Origin: Mobula hypostoma
Taxonomy: Eukaryota
DNA length: 64,000 bases
NCBI RefSeq assembly: GCF_963921235.1
Contig: NC_086097.1
Coordinates: 65,722,001-65,786,000, forward strand
Reading direction: 5' to 3'
The position numbers and the translations under genes were made by a program. This document shows, one piece after another, positions 48,808 to 62,650 of this stretch (positions are counted from its first letter, which is position 1; the number at the start of each line of letters is the position of its first letter). The notes beneath the pieces are model-generated. The model saw only the letters and a program-made list of their open reading frames with translations, made no database searches and was not told where the DNA came from.

Positions 48808-50429
48808 CAGTGGCATGCAAAAGTTTGGGCATCCACGGTCAAAATTTCTGTACTGTGAATAGCTAAGCGAGTAAAAGATGACCTGATTTCCAAAAGGCAA
48901 GAAGTTAAAGATGACACATTTCATTAATATTTTAAGCAGGATTACTTTTTTATTTCCATCTTTTACAGTTTCAAAATAACAAAAAAGGAAAAGGGCCTGA
49001 AGCAAAAGTTTGGGCACCCTGCATGTTCAGTACTTAGTAACATTCCCTTTGGCAAGTATCACAGCTTGTAAACACTTCCTGTAGCCAGCTAAGAGTCTTT
49101 CAATTGTTTTTTGGGGGATTTTCGCCCATTCTTCCTTGCAAAAGGCTTCTAGTTCTGTGAGATTCTTGGCCCGTCTTACATGCACTGCTCTTTTGAGGTC
49201 TATCCACAGATTTTCGATGATATTCAGGTCGGGGGACTGTGAGGGCTATGGCAAAACATTCAGCTTGTGCCTCTTGAGGTAATCCATTGTGGATTTTGAG
49301 GTGTGTTTAGGATCATTAACCTTTTGTACAAACCATCAACTTTTCATCGTCAGCTTTTTTACAGACGGTGTGATATTTGCTTCCAGAATTTGCTGGTATT
49401 TAATTGAATTCATTCTTCCCTCTACCAGTGAAATGTTCCCTGTGCCACTGGCTGCAACACAAGCCCAGAGCAAGATTGATCCACCCCCATGCTTAACAGT
49501 TGAAGAGGTGTTCTTTTCATGAAATTCTGCATCCTTTTTTCTCCAAACATACCTTTGCTCATTGCGGCCAAAAAGTTCTATTTTAATTTCATCAGTCCAC
49601 AGGACTTGTTTCCAAAATGCATCAGGCTTGTTTAGATGTTCCTTTGCAAACTTCTGACACTGAATTTTGTGGTGAGGACGCAGGAAAGGTTTTCTTCTGA
49701 TGACTCTTCCATGAAGGTCATGTTTGTGCAGGCGTCGCTGCACAGTAGAACAGTGCACCACTACTCCAGAGTCTGTTAAATCTTCCTGGAGGTCCTTTGC
49801 AGTCAAACGGGAGTTTTGATTTGCCTTTCTAGCAATCCTACGAGCAGTTCTCTTGGAAAGTTTCCTTGGTCTTCCAGATTGCAACTTAACCTCCACTGTT
49901 CCTGTTAACTGCCATTTCTTAATTACAGTACAAACTGAAGAAATGGCTACCTGAAAACGCTTTGCTATCTTCTTATAGCCTTCTCCTGCTTTGTGGGCAT
50001 TATTTATTTTAATTTTCAGAGTGCTAGGTAGCTGCTTAGAGGAGCCTATGGCTGCTGATTGTTGGGACAAGGCTTGAGGAGTCAGGGTATTTATAAAGCT
50101 TTGAATTTTGCATCACCTGGCCTTTCCTAATGATGCTTGTGAACAAGCCGTAGCCCTAACAAGCTAATTAAGGTCTGAGACCTTGGTAAGTGTTATCTGA
50201 TGGCTCAAATCTCTTGGGGTGCCCAAACTTTTGCTTGGTGCTCCTTTCCTTTTTTTCACTCTAAAATTGTACAAAACAAAAATAATACACTTAACTTGCT
50301 TAAAATGTTGAAAAGAATGTTTCATCTTTAACTTTATGACTTTTGGAGATCAGTTAATCTTCTACTCACTTAACTATTCACAGTAACAGAAATTTTGACC
50401 AGGGGTGCCCAAACTTTTGCATGCCACTA
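48808..50429 (-). mobile_element. Tc1-family DNA transposon, full length, with about 210 bp IR/DR-type terminal repeats
   Basis: Ends cagtggcatgcaaaagtttgggca / tgcccaaacttttgcatgccacta; inner direct repeats near 49002-49019 and 50217-50233; TA at right, TG at left. Confidence 0.95.
49035..50070 (-). pseudogene. Tc1 DD34E transposase, disrupted near 49336
   Basis: ORF 49336-50070 with HTH, SGRPRK, VLWTDE, TVKHGGGSILLWAC; downstream NDPKH and SPDLNIIENLW are cut off by the stop/frameshift. Confidence 0.92.
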
Positions 50430-51528
50430 TACATGTACAGTGGATGCCAGTTAATCGGGGCACATCGAGACCAGTGCATTATAGCCCAATTAAGCAGATG
50501 CCCAAATTAACTGAAGTGTCATGGAAATAGTTAAGAGACATAAAAAAATACAAACTACGATTAAACTGAGTAACAGATTATTTATTTAAATTAATTACAG
50601 AACAATTTAGAACACTATCAATATCACTACAGTATTATAAAACTGTATTAGTTCCTAGTATCTGGGCCGTACCCTCCAAATATCTGGACCTGCCTCTCGG
50701 TTTTTTTGCACTACCTTACTTTCCATTTTTCTATTTTCTATTTATGATGAACTTAGAACATAGAATAGTATAGCACAGTACAGGCCCTTCGGCCCACAAT
50801 GTTGTGCCGACCCTCAAACCCTGCCTCCCATATTTAAGCCCCCACCTTAAATTCCTCCATATACCTGTCTAGTAGTCTCTTAAACTTCACTAGTGTATCT
50901 GCCTCCACCACTGACTCAGGCAGTGCATTCCACGCACCAACCACTCTCTGAGTAAAAAACCTTCCTCTAATATCCCCCTTGAACTTCCCAGCCCTTACCT
51001 TAAAGCCATGTCTTCTTGTATTGAGCAGTGGTGCCCTGGGGAAGAGGCGCTGGCTATCCACTCTATCTATCCATCTTATTATCTTGTACACCTCTATCAT
51101 GTCTCTTCTCATCCTCCTCCTCTCCAAAGAGTAAAGCCCTAGCTCTTAATCTCTGATCATAATGCATACTTACTTTTCTTTTAATTTTTTTATTTTTATT
51201 GAAGGAATGACACAATACAGAATATATAATGGATTACATTTTCCTCCATTTTGCTTTAATATCGTACCCCCAAAACAAGCCTCCCCCCACCCGCCCTCCC
51301 CAAACATATCATGGCAGCTAATATATTTACAATACAACAATTCACAAATACAAGTACGGACATTTCACAACCATACCCCCACAGTACTTCAAGACGACGG
51401 CTCACACACATCTGCAACATGTCAGATGATCCAAAATACACTCATATGTACAATTCATCTACCACCCTTTGAGGTAAACTATAAGCGTGTTAAATGGGAG
51501 GCAACTTTCCAAGTACAATCAAATGCCC

Positions 51529-54500
51529 TCAACTAGTAGGTAATTCCTTAAGACTCCCAAAATATGATAAGAAAGGTCCCCATTTCGAATAGAATTTTTT
51601 TCACAGAGCCCCTCAAAGTGAATTTAATCTTTTCTAATTTCAGAAAAAACATTACATCTTCTAACCAAGCAGCAGCAGTTGGGGGAGTGGCAGATTTCCA
51701 AACCAGCAAAATTCTCCTATGGGCATATAGCGATGTAAATGCAATGATATCTGACTGGCTTGCATTTAACCCAAATCATCATCTGCCACACCAAATACAG
51801 CTATAAGTAGGCAAGGTCTCGGTATCACCCCCAAAACCTCACTGATAATTTTAAAAACCAGTGCCCAATAGTCATCAATCCGAGGGCATGACCAAAATGC
51901 ATGTACTAAACCAGCCAGAGAGAAAGAACACCTGTCACAGCCAGCATCTGTCCCAGGGTATATGTCTGCAAGTCTGGCTTTACTTAAATGTACCCTATGT
52001 AAAACTTTAAATTGTATGAGCCCCAGTCTAGCACATGATGATGAGAAATGAATCCTCTTCAATACTTTTGCCCAATATTCCTTCGCCAGATCCATACCGA
52101 GGTCATCCTCCTACCTACTCTTAGTTTTGTTTAGATCTTGAACTCCCAAAGACATCAGCTGAGAGTATAGTTCAGAGATCAGCCCTTTATTGTTAAAGCT
52201 AAGAGTGAGTTTTTCCCACAACATAGCAGGTGGTAGATCAGGAAAAGGGGGAAATTTTTCCTTGACAAAGTGGCGAATCTGCAGGTATTTTAAAAAATGA
52301 TTATGCGGAAGGCCATACTTACCGCGCAGGTTATCAAAACTATCAAATATGTTATCAGTATACAAATCCTTAATGCACATAAGACCGTTCAAACCCCATT
52401 GTCTGAAAGCTGAATCGAATGTGGAGAGAGGAAATAAATGGTTTTTATGAATGGGGCCCAAAACTGAAGCTGATATGAACTTATAGTGGCAGCGAAATGA
52501 TTAAAAATTTTGAGAGTGGAGAGCACGACCGGGTTAGATGTGAATTGAGAGGATTTCAATGGTAAGGAAGAATACACCAAAGCTGGGAGAGACGAGGAGT
52601 GGCAAGACCGTGACTCAAGCAGGCACCAGATTATATCTGGCCGGTGGAGCCAAAATAATACTTTTTGAATGTTCGATACCTAGTAATAATGAATAAAGCT
52701 GGGAAGACCCATTTCACCTATGTCACGACCTCTTTGGAAAGTGTGCTTATTAACCCTTGGGACCTTATTTTCCCAAATAAAGGAGGGTATAGCTTGGTCG
52801 ACTGATTTTAAAAATAACTTAGATAAGAAAACTGGCAAACACTGAAACAAATAAAGAAATCTAGGAAGTATAGTAATTTTCACTGACTGAATTCTCCCAG
52901 CTATAGTAAGGGGTAAACTGCGCCATCTCTCGAAATCAGCCTTCATTTGGCTAACCTGAGGCCTGTAGTTAGCTTCAAACAGAGACGTAAAAGAGCGAAT
53001 AATATGTATTCCGAGGTATACAAAACCATCTTGAGATAAAGGAAAAGGCAAAGATTCCTGTCGGATCTGTAGGGCCAAGTTATTAATGGGAAAGCATTTG
53101 CTTTTTTGAAAGTTCAGTTTATAGCCAGAGAAGGCTCCAAATTGACCTAATAATGACACAATAGCAGGACTACTACCTACAGGGTCGCTAACATAAAGTA
53201 AGAGGTCATCAGCATATAGGGAAACACGGTGTTCCATGTCCCCTTTTCTAACACCTTGAAATAATTTAGTTGACAAGTGCAATAGAAAGAGGTTCAACTG
53301 CAATTGCAAAAAAAAAGGGGACAATGGGCAGCCTTGGCGAGTGCCACGTGTTAATGGGAAATAGATCGAAAATAGTTTGTCTGTGTACATGCTGAAGGCG
53401 AGTGGTATAATAGCTTAACCCAAGCTATAAATATTCTGCCAAATCCAAATTTCTCCAAAACACTAAACAAGTATGCCCACTCCACTCTATCAAACGCCTT
53501 CTCCGCGTCCAAGGAGATAACAACCTCTGGGCTTGGAGAATCACTGGGTGAATAAACCACATCAGCCAGTCGACGGATATTAAAAAAAGAATAGCGATTT
53601 TTAATAAAACCTGTTTGATCGTCTGAAATTATCTTCGGAAGGGGACGTTCTAAACGGCGTGCAAGCATTTTAGCCAAAATTTTCACATCTACATTCAAAA
53701 GTGAGATGGGGCGATATGATCCACATTGAGTCGGGTCCTTGTCCTTTTTAAGAAGTAGTGAAATAGCTGCTTGTGAAAGAGAAGGGGGTAAGGAGCCGTT
53801 CTCCAAAGATTCCTGAAACACTTCTAGAAGGACCGGTATGAGCTTATCCTTAAATTCCTTACAAAATTCTATTGGATAACCATCAGGACCTGGGGACTTA
53901 CCACTCTGCATAGCCATAATAGCATTATTAATCTCTTCCTGCCCAAGAGCCCGATCTAGGTTCTCCACCTCCTCTCGTTCAAGAGTTGGTACTTCCAAAT
54001 TATCTAAAAAACGTTCCATATTTGTTTTATCTGAGGGGAACTCTGAGGCATACAAAGAGGAATAAAAAGTTGCAAAGATGTTATTAATCTCTTTTGGATT
54101 GCTTGTCAAGTTTTGGTGTGTGTCTCTTATCTGGGGAATAAGTCGTGATGCAGCTTGACGTTTCAACTGATGAGCCATAAGCCGGCTTGTCACCATATTC
54201 ATAATAGAGGCCACGTGTCTTAAGAATTAATTGTTCTGATAGGTTTGTAGATAGAAGATTAAACTTCACTTGCAAATCAACCCGACTTTTATATAATTCC
54301 GCAGTGGGTGCCTCAAAGTATTTTCTATCCAGGTCCAAAATAGATTGCAATAACACTTGCATTTCCTTCCTACACTCTTTATTGGCATGTGAAGTATAAG
54401 ATATTATTTGACCCCTCAAGTAAGCTTTTAAAGTTTCCCAAAATAAAGAGTACGATACGGACTCTGTTTTGTTAGTCTCGAAGAATGTGTCAATGTTAGC

Positions 54501-55314
54501 CGATATATAACTACAGAATTTCTCATTAGAAAGCAAAAAGGGGTTAAGTCTCCACAGAGGCTGTTCTCCAACGTTTAAAGGAAAACATAGGTCCAGTTTC
54601 ACGGGCGAGTGATCAGATATATTCAGTGTATTCAATTTGTCTAATCATTGGTATCAAGGAGTTATCTATAAAGAAATAGTCTAGCCTGAAATAGGAGTGG
54701 TGAACATGAGAAAAGAAAGAGAATTGCCTAACTGATGGATTCAAAAATCTCCAAGGATCCATATAACCATTTTGTTGCATAAACATCGAGAAGGCCTTTG
54801 CCATACCAGAAAATGTTCCCCTAGGGCAAGACCTGTCAAGCAGTGGGTCAATAGCATAGTTCAAATCTCTGGAAAAGATTAGCTTATGTGTATTCAGGTT
54901 AGGTATTAATGACAAAACCTTATTTGCAAATTGGACATTGTCCCAATTAGGAGCATAAACATTTACCAAAATAACAGGTATCTGAAAGAGAGAGCCAGAG
55001 ACTATAATAAAGCGACCATTAGGGTCACTGATTACATCAGATGGTGTGAACTGCATTCTTTTGGTGATTAATATTGCCACCCCCCTGGACCTCCTATTAA
55101 ATCTGGAATGAAAAACCTGACTAATCCATGCTTTACGAAGTCTATTATGGTCCTCCACTCTTAAATGTGTCTCTTGTAGAAGTAGTATATCTGCTTTTAA
55201 TTGTTTCATATGAGAGAAAACTTTAGCTCTTTTAACCGGACCATTAAACCCCTTTACATTCCAAGAAATAAACCTCACAGGGTGGCCTCCATCAGCAGCA
55301 CTCACGTTAACCAT
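51529..55314 (-). pseudogene. L1 ORF2 (APE endonuclease - RT - C-terminal Cys/His region), several frameshifts
   Basis: SWNVKG, LLQETH, NVYAPN, RLDYF, SDHSPV, KSPGPDG, YRPISLLN, LDAEKAFD, GTRQGCPLSP, YADD, CDRC..HAFWSC. Confidence 0.93.
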
Positions 55315-55933
55315 ATCAAAAGACACACAGGGCCTACAATCCAAAACAGTGCGAGGGCATAAATTGCACACAATAACGCACAATGAAAAGAAAGTCTGAT
55401 CAATCTGTAACACACAAAAGAATAAACTGCCATGGTAATCCCCCAAAACACTCCCCCCCTCCCCCCACCCCTTTACACAAACAACAAAAAAAACCCAATT
55501 AACCCCCGAAACCTAGATCTACCTCCCCAATTGAGGATGATCGCAGGCAGTACCCAACAAAAAACTTCCAAGGCATTCCCCATACAGCCCAACCTTCAAT
55601 CTAATGCAGGGTGGCTCCCCTCCTTAAAATTTATCCTATCACTTGTATTACCTTTAATATAACATATAGGCTAAAGATGACACAGGTCAAGCTAAGCATT
55701 AAAAACAAAAAAAAACACTAGGCAACTGAAACGCCTGAGATACAAATCCCAAATATTTACATTTTGCTGGTTGAAAGTTTTCGTTAATCAGTTTTGGCAG
55801 CATAGCAGTTTGACCCGATGGCGTTCCACAAATTAAACTGGAAAATATGAACAAAGAAATGGATTATGAAAATTAACTGTTTGCCTCAGCATGAGGCCCC
55901 TTCAATGCTGCATGAATAACCTAAAAAAAAAAG

Positions 55934-56843
55934 TCATTGCTCTTCTCGTTCTTCTTCTCCCCAGCGCGAATGGTAAAACTCTTTGGCCGCCTCTGGTGTA
56001 TGGAAATAATGCTTTTTACTTGCATGCATGACCCGGAGCTGGGCAGGATACAAGAGGCCAAACCTGACTCCTTTCTTGTAAAGCAGGGATCTCACCTCCT
56101 TGAAAGCTGCTTGTTTTTTACCCAGCTCCGCACTAAAATCTTTATAAAAAAAACACGCGGTGTCCGCGGAAATACAGCTCCTGCTTCCGTCTATTGATGA
56201 TGCATTGCTTATCTTGATAGGAGTGAAAGCAAACCAGGAATGTTCTTGGTTTCGTTTGCTTGGCTCCAGAGACACTGGATGGTTTACGTCCGACTCGGTG
56301 AGCACGTGAAAGTACGAGAGGCCTTGGGAAAAAATTTGTCCCCAGCACTTCGTCAAAAAACTCGGTCATAAATTTAACAGGGTCCGAACCTTCCAAATTT
56401 TCAGGAATGCCGACCACTCTCAAATTGGATCTCTGCAACCGATTTTCGAGGTCATCTAGCTTTCCCTTCAGAAATGCGTTTTCGCTCTGCAACGCTGCAA
56501 TAGCGGCTTCGGCGCTCACCAGTTGGTCACCGTAATCATTCAGGCTGTCTTCAACCTCACAAATGCGTTCGTCGTGCGACTCGTAAGAAGACATAATTTC
56601 TTCCATGGTAGCATTCACTGGTGATAAAGCATCTTCAAGTTCTCTTTTTAGAGCAGAATGCACCGCTTGCGTCATGTCAGAAATAAGTACTAAACGAAGC
56701 CTCTCCAAGTCATCGGGTAGCGCAGGTCCGGGTCCAGGTCCAGCAGCGTGCAACGGCGTCGTTACTGTAACCTCAGCCTTCTTGCTCGGGGCTTCGCTAT
56801 CTTGTTCCCCAGTTTTACTTCGAAGGTACATTCTACTTGCCAT
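55934..56843 (-). pseudogene. L1 ORF1, one frameshift in an A/T run near 56150
   Basis: Coiled coil, DLENRLQRSNLRVVGIPE, SRAHR, DFSAEL, FGLLYPAQLRV. Confidence 0.92.
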
Positions 56844-59800
56844 TTCAATGTCCAGCTATGTCCCACGTTGTTCACAATGGTAAATATTCAGTTATCTCGA
56901 GCATACGGCAAAGATAAACAGGTAGATTTTCAATAAAAATCGGGAGCCACACTCACACGCACCGACTCACTCCATACTCAACCCCGGAAGTCAATGCATA
57001 CTTTCTAAACCAGGCAGCATCCTGGTAAATCTCCTCTCTACCCTTTCCAGTGCTTCCACATCCTTCCTATAGAGAGGTGACCAGAACTGGACACAGTACT
57101 CCAAGTGTGGCCTAACCAGAGTTTTAGAGCTGCATCATTACATTGCGACTCTTAAACTCTATCCCTCGACTTATGAAAGTTAACACCCCATAAGCTTTCT
57201 TAACTACCCTATCCACCTGAGAGGCAACTTTCAGGGATCTGTGGACATGTACCCCGAGATCCCTCTGCTTCTCCACTCTACCAAGTATCCTGCCATTTAC
57301 TTTGTACTCTACCTTGGAGTTTGTCCTTCCAAAGTGTACCACCTCACACTTCTCCGGGTTGAACTCCATCTGCCACTTCTCAGCCCACTTCTGCATCCTA
57401 TCAATGTCTCTCTGCAATCTTTGACAATCCTCTACACTATCTACAACACCACCAACCTTTGTGTCGTCTGCAAACTTGCCAACTCACCCTTCTACCCCCA
57501 CATCCAGGTCGTTAATAAAAATCACGAAAATTAGAGGTCCCAGAACAGATCTTTGTGGGACACCACTGGTCACAATCCTCCAATCTGAATATACTCCCTC
57601 CACCACCACCCTCTGCCTTCTGCAGGCAAGCCAATTCCGAACCCAGCTGGCCAAATTTCCCTGGATCCCATGCCTTCTAACTTTCTGAATAAGCCTACTG
57701 TGTGGAACCTTGTCAAATGCCTTACTAAAATCCATATAGATCACATCCACTGCACTACCCTCATCTATATGCCTGGTCACCTCCTCAAAGAACTCTATCA
57801 GGCTTGTTAGACACGATCTGCCCTTCACAAAGCCATGCTGACTGTCCCTGATCAGACCATGATTCTCTAAATGCCTATAGATCCTATCTCTAAGAATCTT
57901 TTCCAACAGCTTTCCTACCACAGACGTAAGGCTCACTGGTCTATAATTACCCGGACTATCCCTACTACCTTTTTTGAACAAGGGGACAACATTTGCCTCC
58001 CTCCAATCTTCCGGTACCATTCCTGTGGACAACGAGGACATAAAGATCCTAGCCAGAGGCTCAGCAATCTCTTCTCTCGCCTCGTGGAGCAGCCTGGGGA
58101 ATATTCAGTCAGGCCCCAGGCACTTATCTGTCCTAATGTATTTTAACAACTCCAACACCTCCTCTCCCTTAATATCAACATGCTCCAGAACATCAACCTC
58201 ACTCATATTGTCCTCACCATCCTCAAGTTCCCTCTCATTGGTGAATACCGAAGAGAAGTATTCATTGAGGACCTCGCTCACTTCCACAGCCTCCAGGCAC
58301 ATCTTCCCACCTTTATCTCTAATCGGTCCTACCTTCACTCCTGTCATCTTTTTTTCCCTCACATAATTGAAGAATGCCTTGGGGTTTTCCTTTACCCTAC
58401 TCACCAAGGCCTTCTCATGCCCCCTTCTTGCTCTTCTCAGCCCCTTAAGCTCCTTTCTTGCTTCCCTATATTCCTCAATAGACCCATCTGATCCTTGCTT
58501 CCTAAACCTCATGTATGCTGCCTTCTTCCACCTGACTAGATTTTCCACCTCACTTGTCACCCATGATTTCTTCACCCTACCATCCTTTATCTTCCTCACC
58601 AGGACAAATTTTTCCCTAACATCCTGTAAGAGATCGCTAAACATCGACCACATGTCTATAGTACATTTCCCTGCAAAAACATCATCCCAATTCACACCCG
58701 CAGGTTCTAGCCTTATAGCCTCATAATTTGCCTTTCCCCAATTAAAAATTTTCCTGTCCTCTCTGATTCTGTCCTTTTCCATGATAATGCTAAAGGCCAG
58801 GGAGCAGTGGTCACTGTCCCCCAGATGCTCACCCACTGAGAGATCTGTGACCTGACCCGGTTCATTACCTAGTACCAGATCTAGTATGGCATTCAGCCTG
58901 GTCGGCCTGTCCACATACTGTGACAGGAATCCGTCCTGGACATACTTAACAAACTCTGCCCCATCTAAACCCTTGGAACTAATCAGGTGCCGATCGATAT
59001 TAGGGAAGTTAAAGTCACCCATGATAACAACCCTGTTATTTTTGCATCTTTCCAAAATCTGCCTCCCAATCTGCTCCTCTGTATCTCTGCTGCTACCAGG
59101 GGGCCTATAGAATACCCCCAATAGAGTAACTGCTCCCTTCCTGTTCCTGACTTCCACACATATTGACTCAAAAGAGGATCCTGCTACGTTACCCACCCTT
59201 TCTGTAGCTGTAATAATATCCCTGACCAGTAATGCCACCCCTCCTCCCCTTTTACCGCCCTCCCTATCCCTTTTAAAGCACTGAAATCCAGGAATACTGA
59301 GAATCCATTCCTGCCCTGGTGCCAGCCAAGTCTCTGTAATGGCCACTACATCATCATTCCATGTATGTATCCAAGCTCTCAGTTCATTACCTTTGTTCCT
59401 GATGCTTCTTGCACTGAGGTACACACATTTCAGCCCTTCTACCTTACTGTCTTTACAACATTTATTCTGCTTCTCTTTCCTCAAAGCCTCTCTGTATGTT
59501 AGATCTGGCTTTACTCCATGCACTTCTTTCACTGCTCTATCGCTCTGGGTCCCATCCCCCTCGCAAATTAGTTTAAACCCTCCCGAACCATGCTAGCAAA
59601 CCGACCTGCAAGAATATTGCTCCCCCTCGAGTTCAGGTGCAACCGATCCAACCTGTACAGGTCCCACCTTCCCCGGAAGAGATCCCAATGATCTAAAAAT
59701 CTAAAACCCTGCTCCATGCACCAACTCCTCAGCCACGTATTCAACTGCCATCTCCTCCAATATTTACCATCACTGTCACGTAGCACTGGCAGGAATCCTG

Positions 59801-60652
59801 AGAACGCCACCCTTGAGGTCCTGTTCTTCAGCTTTCTGCCTAGTTCCCGAAACTCACACTTCAGGACCTCATCCCTCTTCCTGCCTATGTCGTTGGTCCC
59901 AACATGTATCACGACTTCTGGTTGCTTTTTAAATTTAAATTTATAATTTAAATTTTTAATATTTACTATTGATTTGTAATCCAGGGAGTGGGAAGCGCAG
60001 AATCAAATATCGCTGTGATGATTGTACGTTCTAGTATCAATTGTTTGGCGACAATGAAGTATGAAGTATATATATTAATGAATTCTTCCATCACTGCTCT
60101 GTTCTTTTGATTGACTGTACACAACATCAGCGCGGACATGCAGTACAGATAATGGACTCTCTTCATTGCCTTCCTGAATAAATCCAACATAAATAGCAAA
60201 ATTATCAAAAATCACTGCATTTTGAATTTACATCTGTCAACCCATACGTATTACACAAGCACACGTAACTGACGCTTTTTAAAAACTGTTCACTTCATAA
60301 TGTCTAATGGCAGTTTCTGGCTTCTGCAAGCCTGAACGTTTGAAACCATGGTGAGGTAAAGAGTTCTGGATTGTCTTACCGCTAATTTCTTGCCAGCTAT
60401 CAGTAACACAAATCATTTTTTGAACACAAACACATGCAACTGACACTATTTACAAACTGTTCACACTTAGCACGGTGTAGAGCAGCGTTTCTCAATCGGG
60501 GTTCCGTGAGAGATCGTGATTTTAAAAAATAAACATCGCTTTTTGAACTTCACGCGATGCACAAAGCTAGTGCTGACAATGGTGGGCAGTGACTGAGCAG
60601 CCCCGTTAGCAATCTTGTTAGAGGTCTCTCAGCCCAGTATGGCAGTGCGCAG

Positions 60653-60850
60653 TAGAAACATAGAAACATAGAAAATAGGTGCAGGAGTAGGCCATTCGGC
60701 CCTTCGAGCCTGCACCACCATTTATTATGATCATGGCTGATCATCCAACTCAGAACCCCGCCCCAGCCTTCCCTCCATACCCCCTGACCCCCGTAGCCAC
60801 AAGGGCCATATCTAACTCCCTCCTAAATATAGCCAATGAACTGGCCTCAA
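60653..60850 (-). mobile_element. CR1 3' end inserted in the hAT element
   Basis: tagaaacatagaaacatagaa tail and CR1 3' UTR. Confidence 0.85.
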
Positions 60851-61607
60851 GTAGGACCTAGTTTATTTGATTGAGTCCATTCTCAGTTTTTGGCACAAGA
60901 TAGGGGTGGCCACTGATAATTGGTCAGTGCTGTATTGCACAGAGGGGAGGGTGGTAAGCTGATGAGAAGCGTGAAGTGCGTTTTCTAAGCACTGGATGGA
61001 CTCATCCGTTTTTATATTTTATTAACCCCTGTGTTTTACAGACATGTCTGATGGTTCAATGTGGCCATTTTTGAATTACAATTTTCTGAGTCATTTCACT
61101 GTGCTGGTGCAACAACAGACAAATTAAAAGTCCGTCTTTACAATGAAAGCTTCTTATCAATTAGTTTCACATGGATTAGTGATCCAAGTTGTCCTATTCC
61201 ATTGTGCCTAACCTGTGGCAAACAACTTACGAATGCAGCAATGGCTCCAGCAAAATTGAAGAGATATTTAGCTGCAAGTAGGCACACCATTGTAGGCTGA
61301 AAGACCTGTAATGTGCTGTAAATTTATGTTTTACAAATCATGGCTGTATGACACATAGAAGTGCTGATTATTGTAAACAGCTATTGGAATTTCAAAACAG
61401 TAAAGCTTTTCGAATATAATCACAGTCAGTAAAAAGGTTCAGGAAGCAAGTTATTTAGTAGCAGAACTTATTACCCAGAAAAAGAACGGTTACACAGTTG
61501 GTGAGAACCTAATTAGATTAGATTAATAGTGCAAGCTTGTAAAATTATGGTGGGTAAAATGTTAGGCCAAGATGCAGTACAAGAAATTGAAAAGGTTTCA
61601 CGTTCAA

Positions 61608-62650
61608 TGATGATGATGGCTGGTTCTTCATTTGCAAAAATCAGGAGTGAAGAAGAGTCCTCAGGAGCAACGGCATGATCGTAGGTAAACGCAGAGGTCA
61701 GTTCTGGATCTACAGACTCTGGAGCACTAGGGACACAGGAATGGCTGGGATGCAGGTGTTTGGGTAGGAGGATCCTTCCTACTTCAACTTGTCTCTTCGG
61801 CAGTCGCTGTTCTGGATTCTACAAAATTCTTGGCTACACCATGGATCCGCAGTCTCCAGCGATCTCTGTCAAGCCAGCTGCTGCCATTCATTAACCTTGA
61901 TATTTGCCTGAGAGAGGTCTTTGTACCTCTTGCGCAGAGCACCATGATCTCTCTTGGCCTGAGAGAGTTCTCCGTAGAGTACTGCTTTTGTTAACTTAGA
62001 GTTGTCCATGCGAGACACGTGGCCTGGCCAGCAGAGCTGCCTGAACAACAAAGTGGCTTCAATGCTTGGAAGTTGAGCCTTCTCCAGGCCATCATTGTTG
62101 AGGACATGATCCTGCCAGCTGAAATCCACAATGGACCAGAGGCAGTGCTGATGGAAGTACTCGAGCAATTGGATTTGCTTATGGTACAAGACCCAGGCTT
62201 CAGAACCATATAGCAGTGTTGTCATGCTGGCAGCCTTGTACACCTGGATTTTTGTGGACAGACACAGCTGGAGGTTCTTCCACACACGTTTCTGGAGGTG
62301 TCCGAAGGCACTGCTAGCTCTGACAAGTCAATTGTCAGTGTTGCTTACTGCCATAGTATAGTTGGAGATGACGCTGCCCAGGCAGGTGAACTGCTCAACC
62401 GTAGTGAGAGGGTGATCATCAATGGTGATTCAAGGTGGGTTATAAATGCCATGAGGGTGCTTCTGATGGAGGATCATTGTTTTCTTCAGACTGACCGTTA
62501 ACCCAAAGGCCCTTGCAGCTTTGGTGAACTGTGACTGCAGTCTGTAGCCTGTCCGCTGTGTGTGTGTGTGTGGGAAGAGCACAGTTGTCCGCACATGGTA
62601 GCTCAAGAATGGGCTCTTGCATGGTTTTTATTCAGGCAAGAAGGCAGCCA
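61608..62650 (-). mobile_element. RTE-clade LINE 3' fragment inserted in the hAT transposase
   Basis: ADNCAL, LSTKIQVYKA, LLYGSEAW, LCWPGHVSRM, KAVLYGEL; (atc)n tail. Confidence 0.88.

Larger units (their letters stand above)
51172..56992 (-). mobile_element. Full-length L1 LINE (5.8 kb), frameshifted
   Basis: 11 bp TSD aatgcatactt at 51161-51171 and 56993-57003; 5' end gacttccgg; A-rich tail with aataaa; ORF1 and ORF2 present. Confidence 0.96.
50751..59927 (-). mobile_element. CR1 LINE (ORF1 esterase end + ORF2), split by a full-length L1
   Basis: ORFs 59568-59912 (IHVGTNDIG, RLHLN), 58105-59532 (APE), 57484-58041 and 57124-57417 (RT), 50834-51127 (C-terminus); tail tagaacatagaa at the left. 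Confidence 0.95.
50660..60069 (+). mobile_element. Short LINE-type 3' UTR fragment split by the CR1 (pieces about 50660-50748 and 59928-60069)
   Basis: AT-rich UTR continues across the CR1; ends gacaatgaagtatgaagtat repeat tail. Confidence 0.5.

Noticed and set aside
57871..59596. Plus-strand ORFs such as 57974-58366 and 58367-58726
   Set aside because: Antisense shadows of CR1 ORF2.
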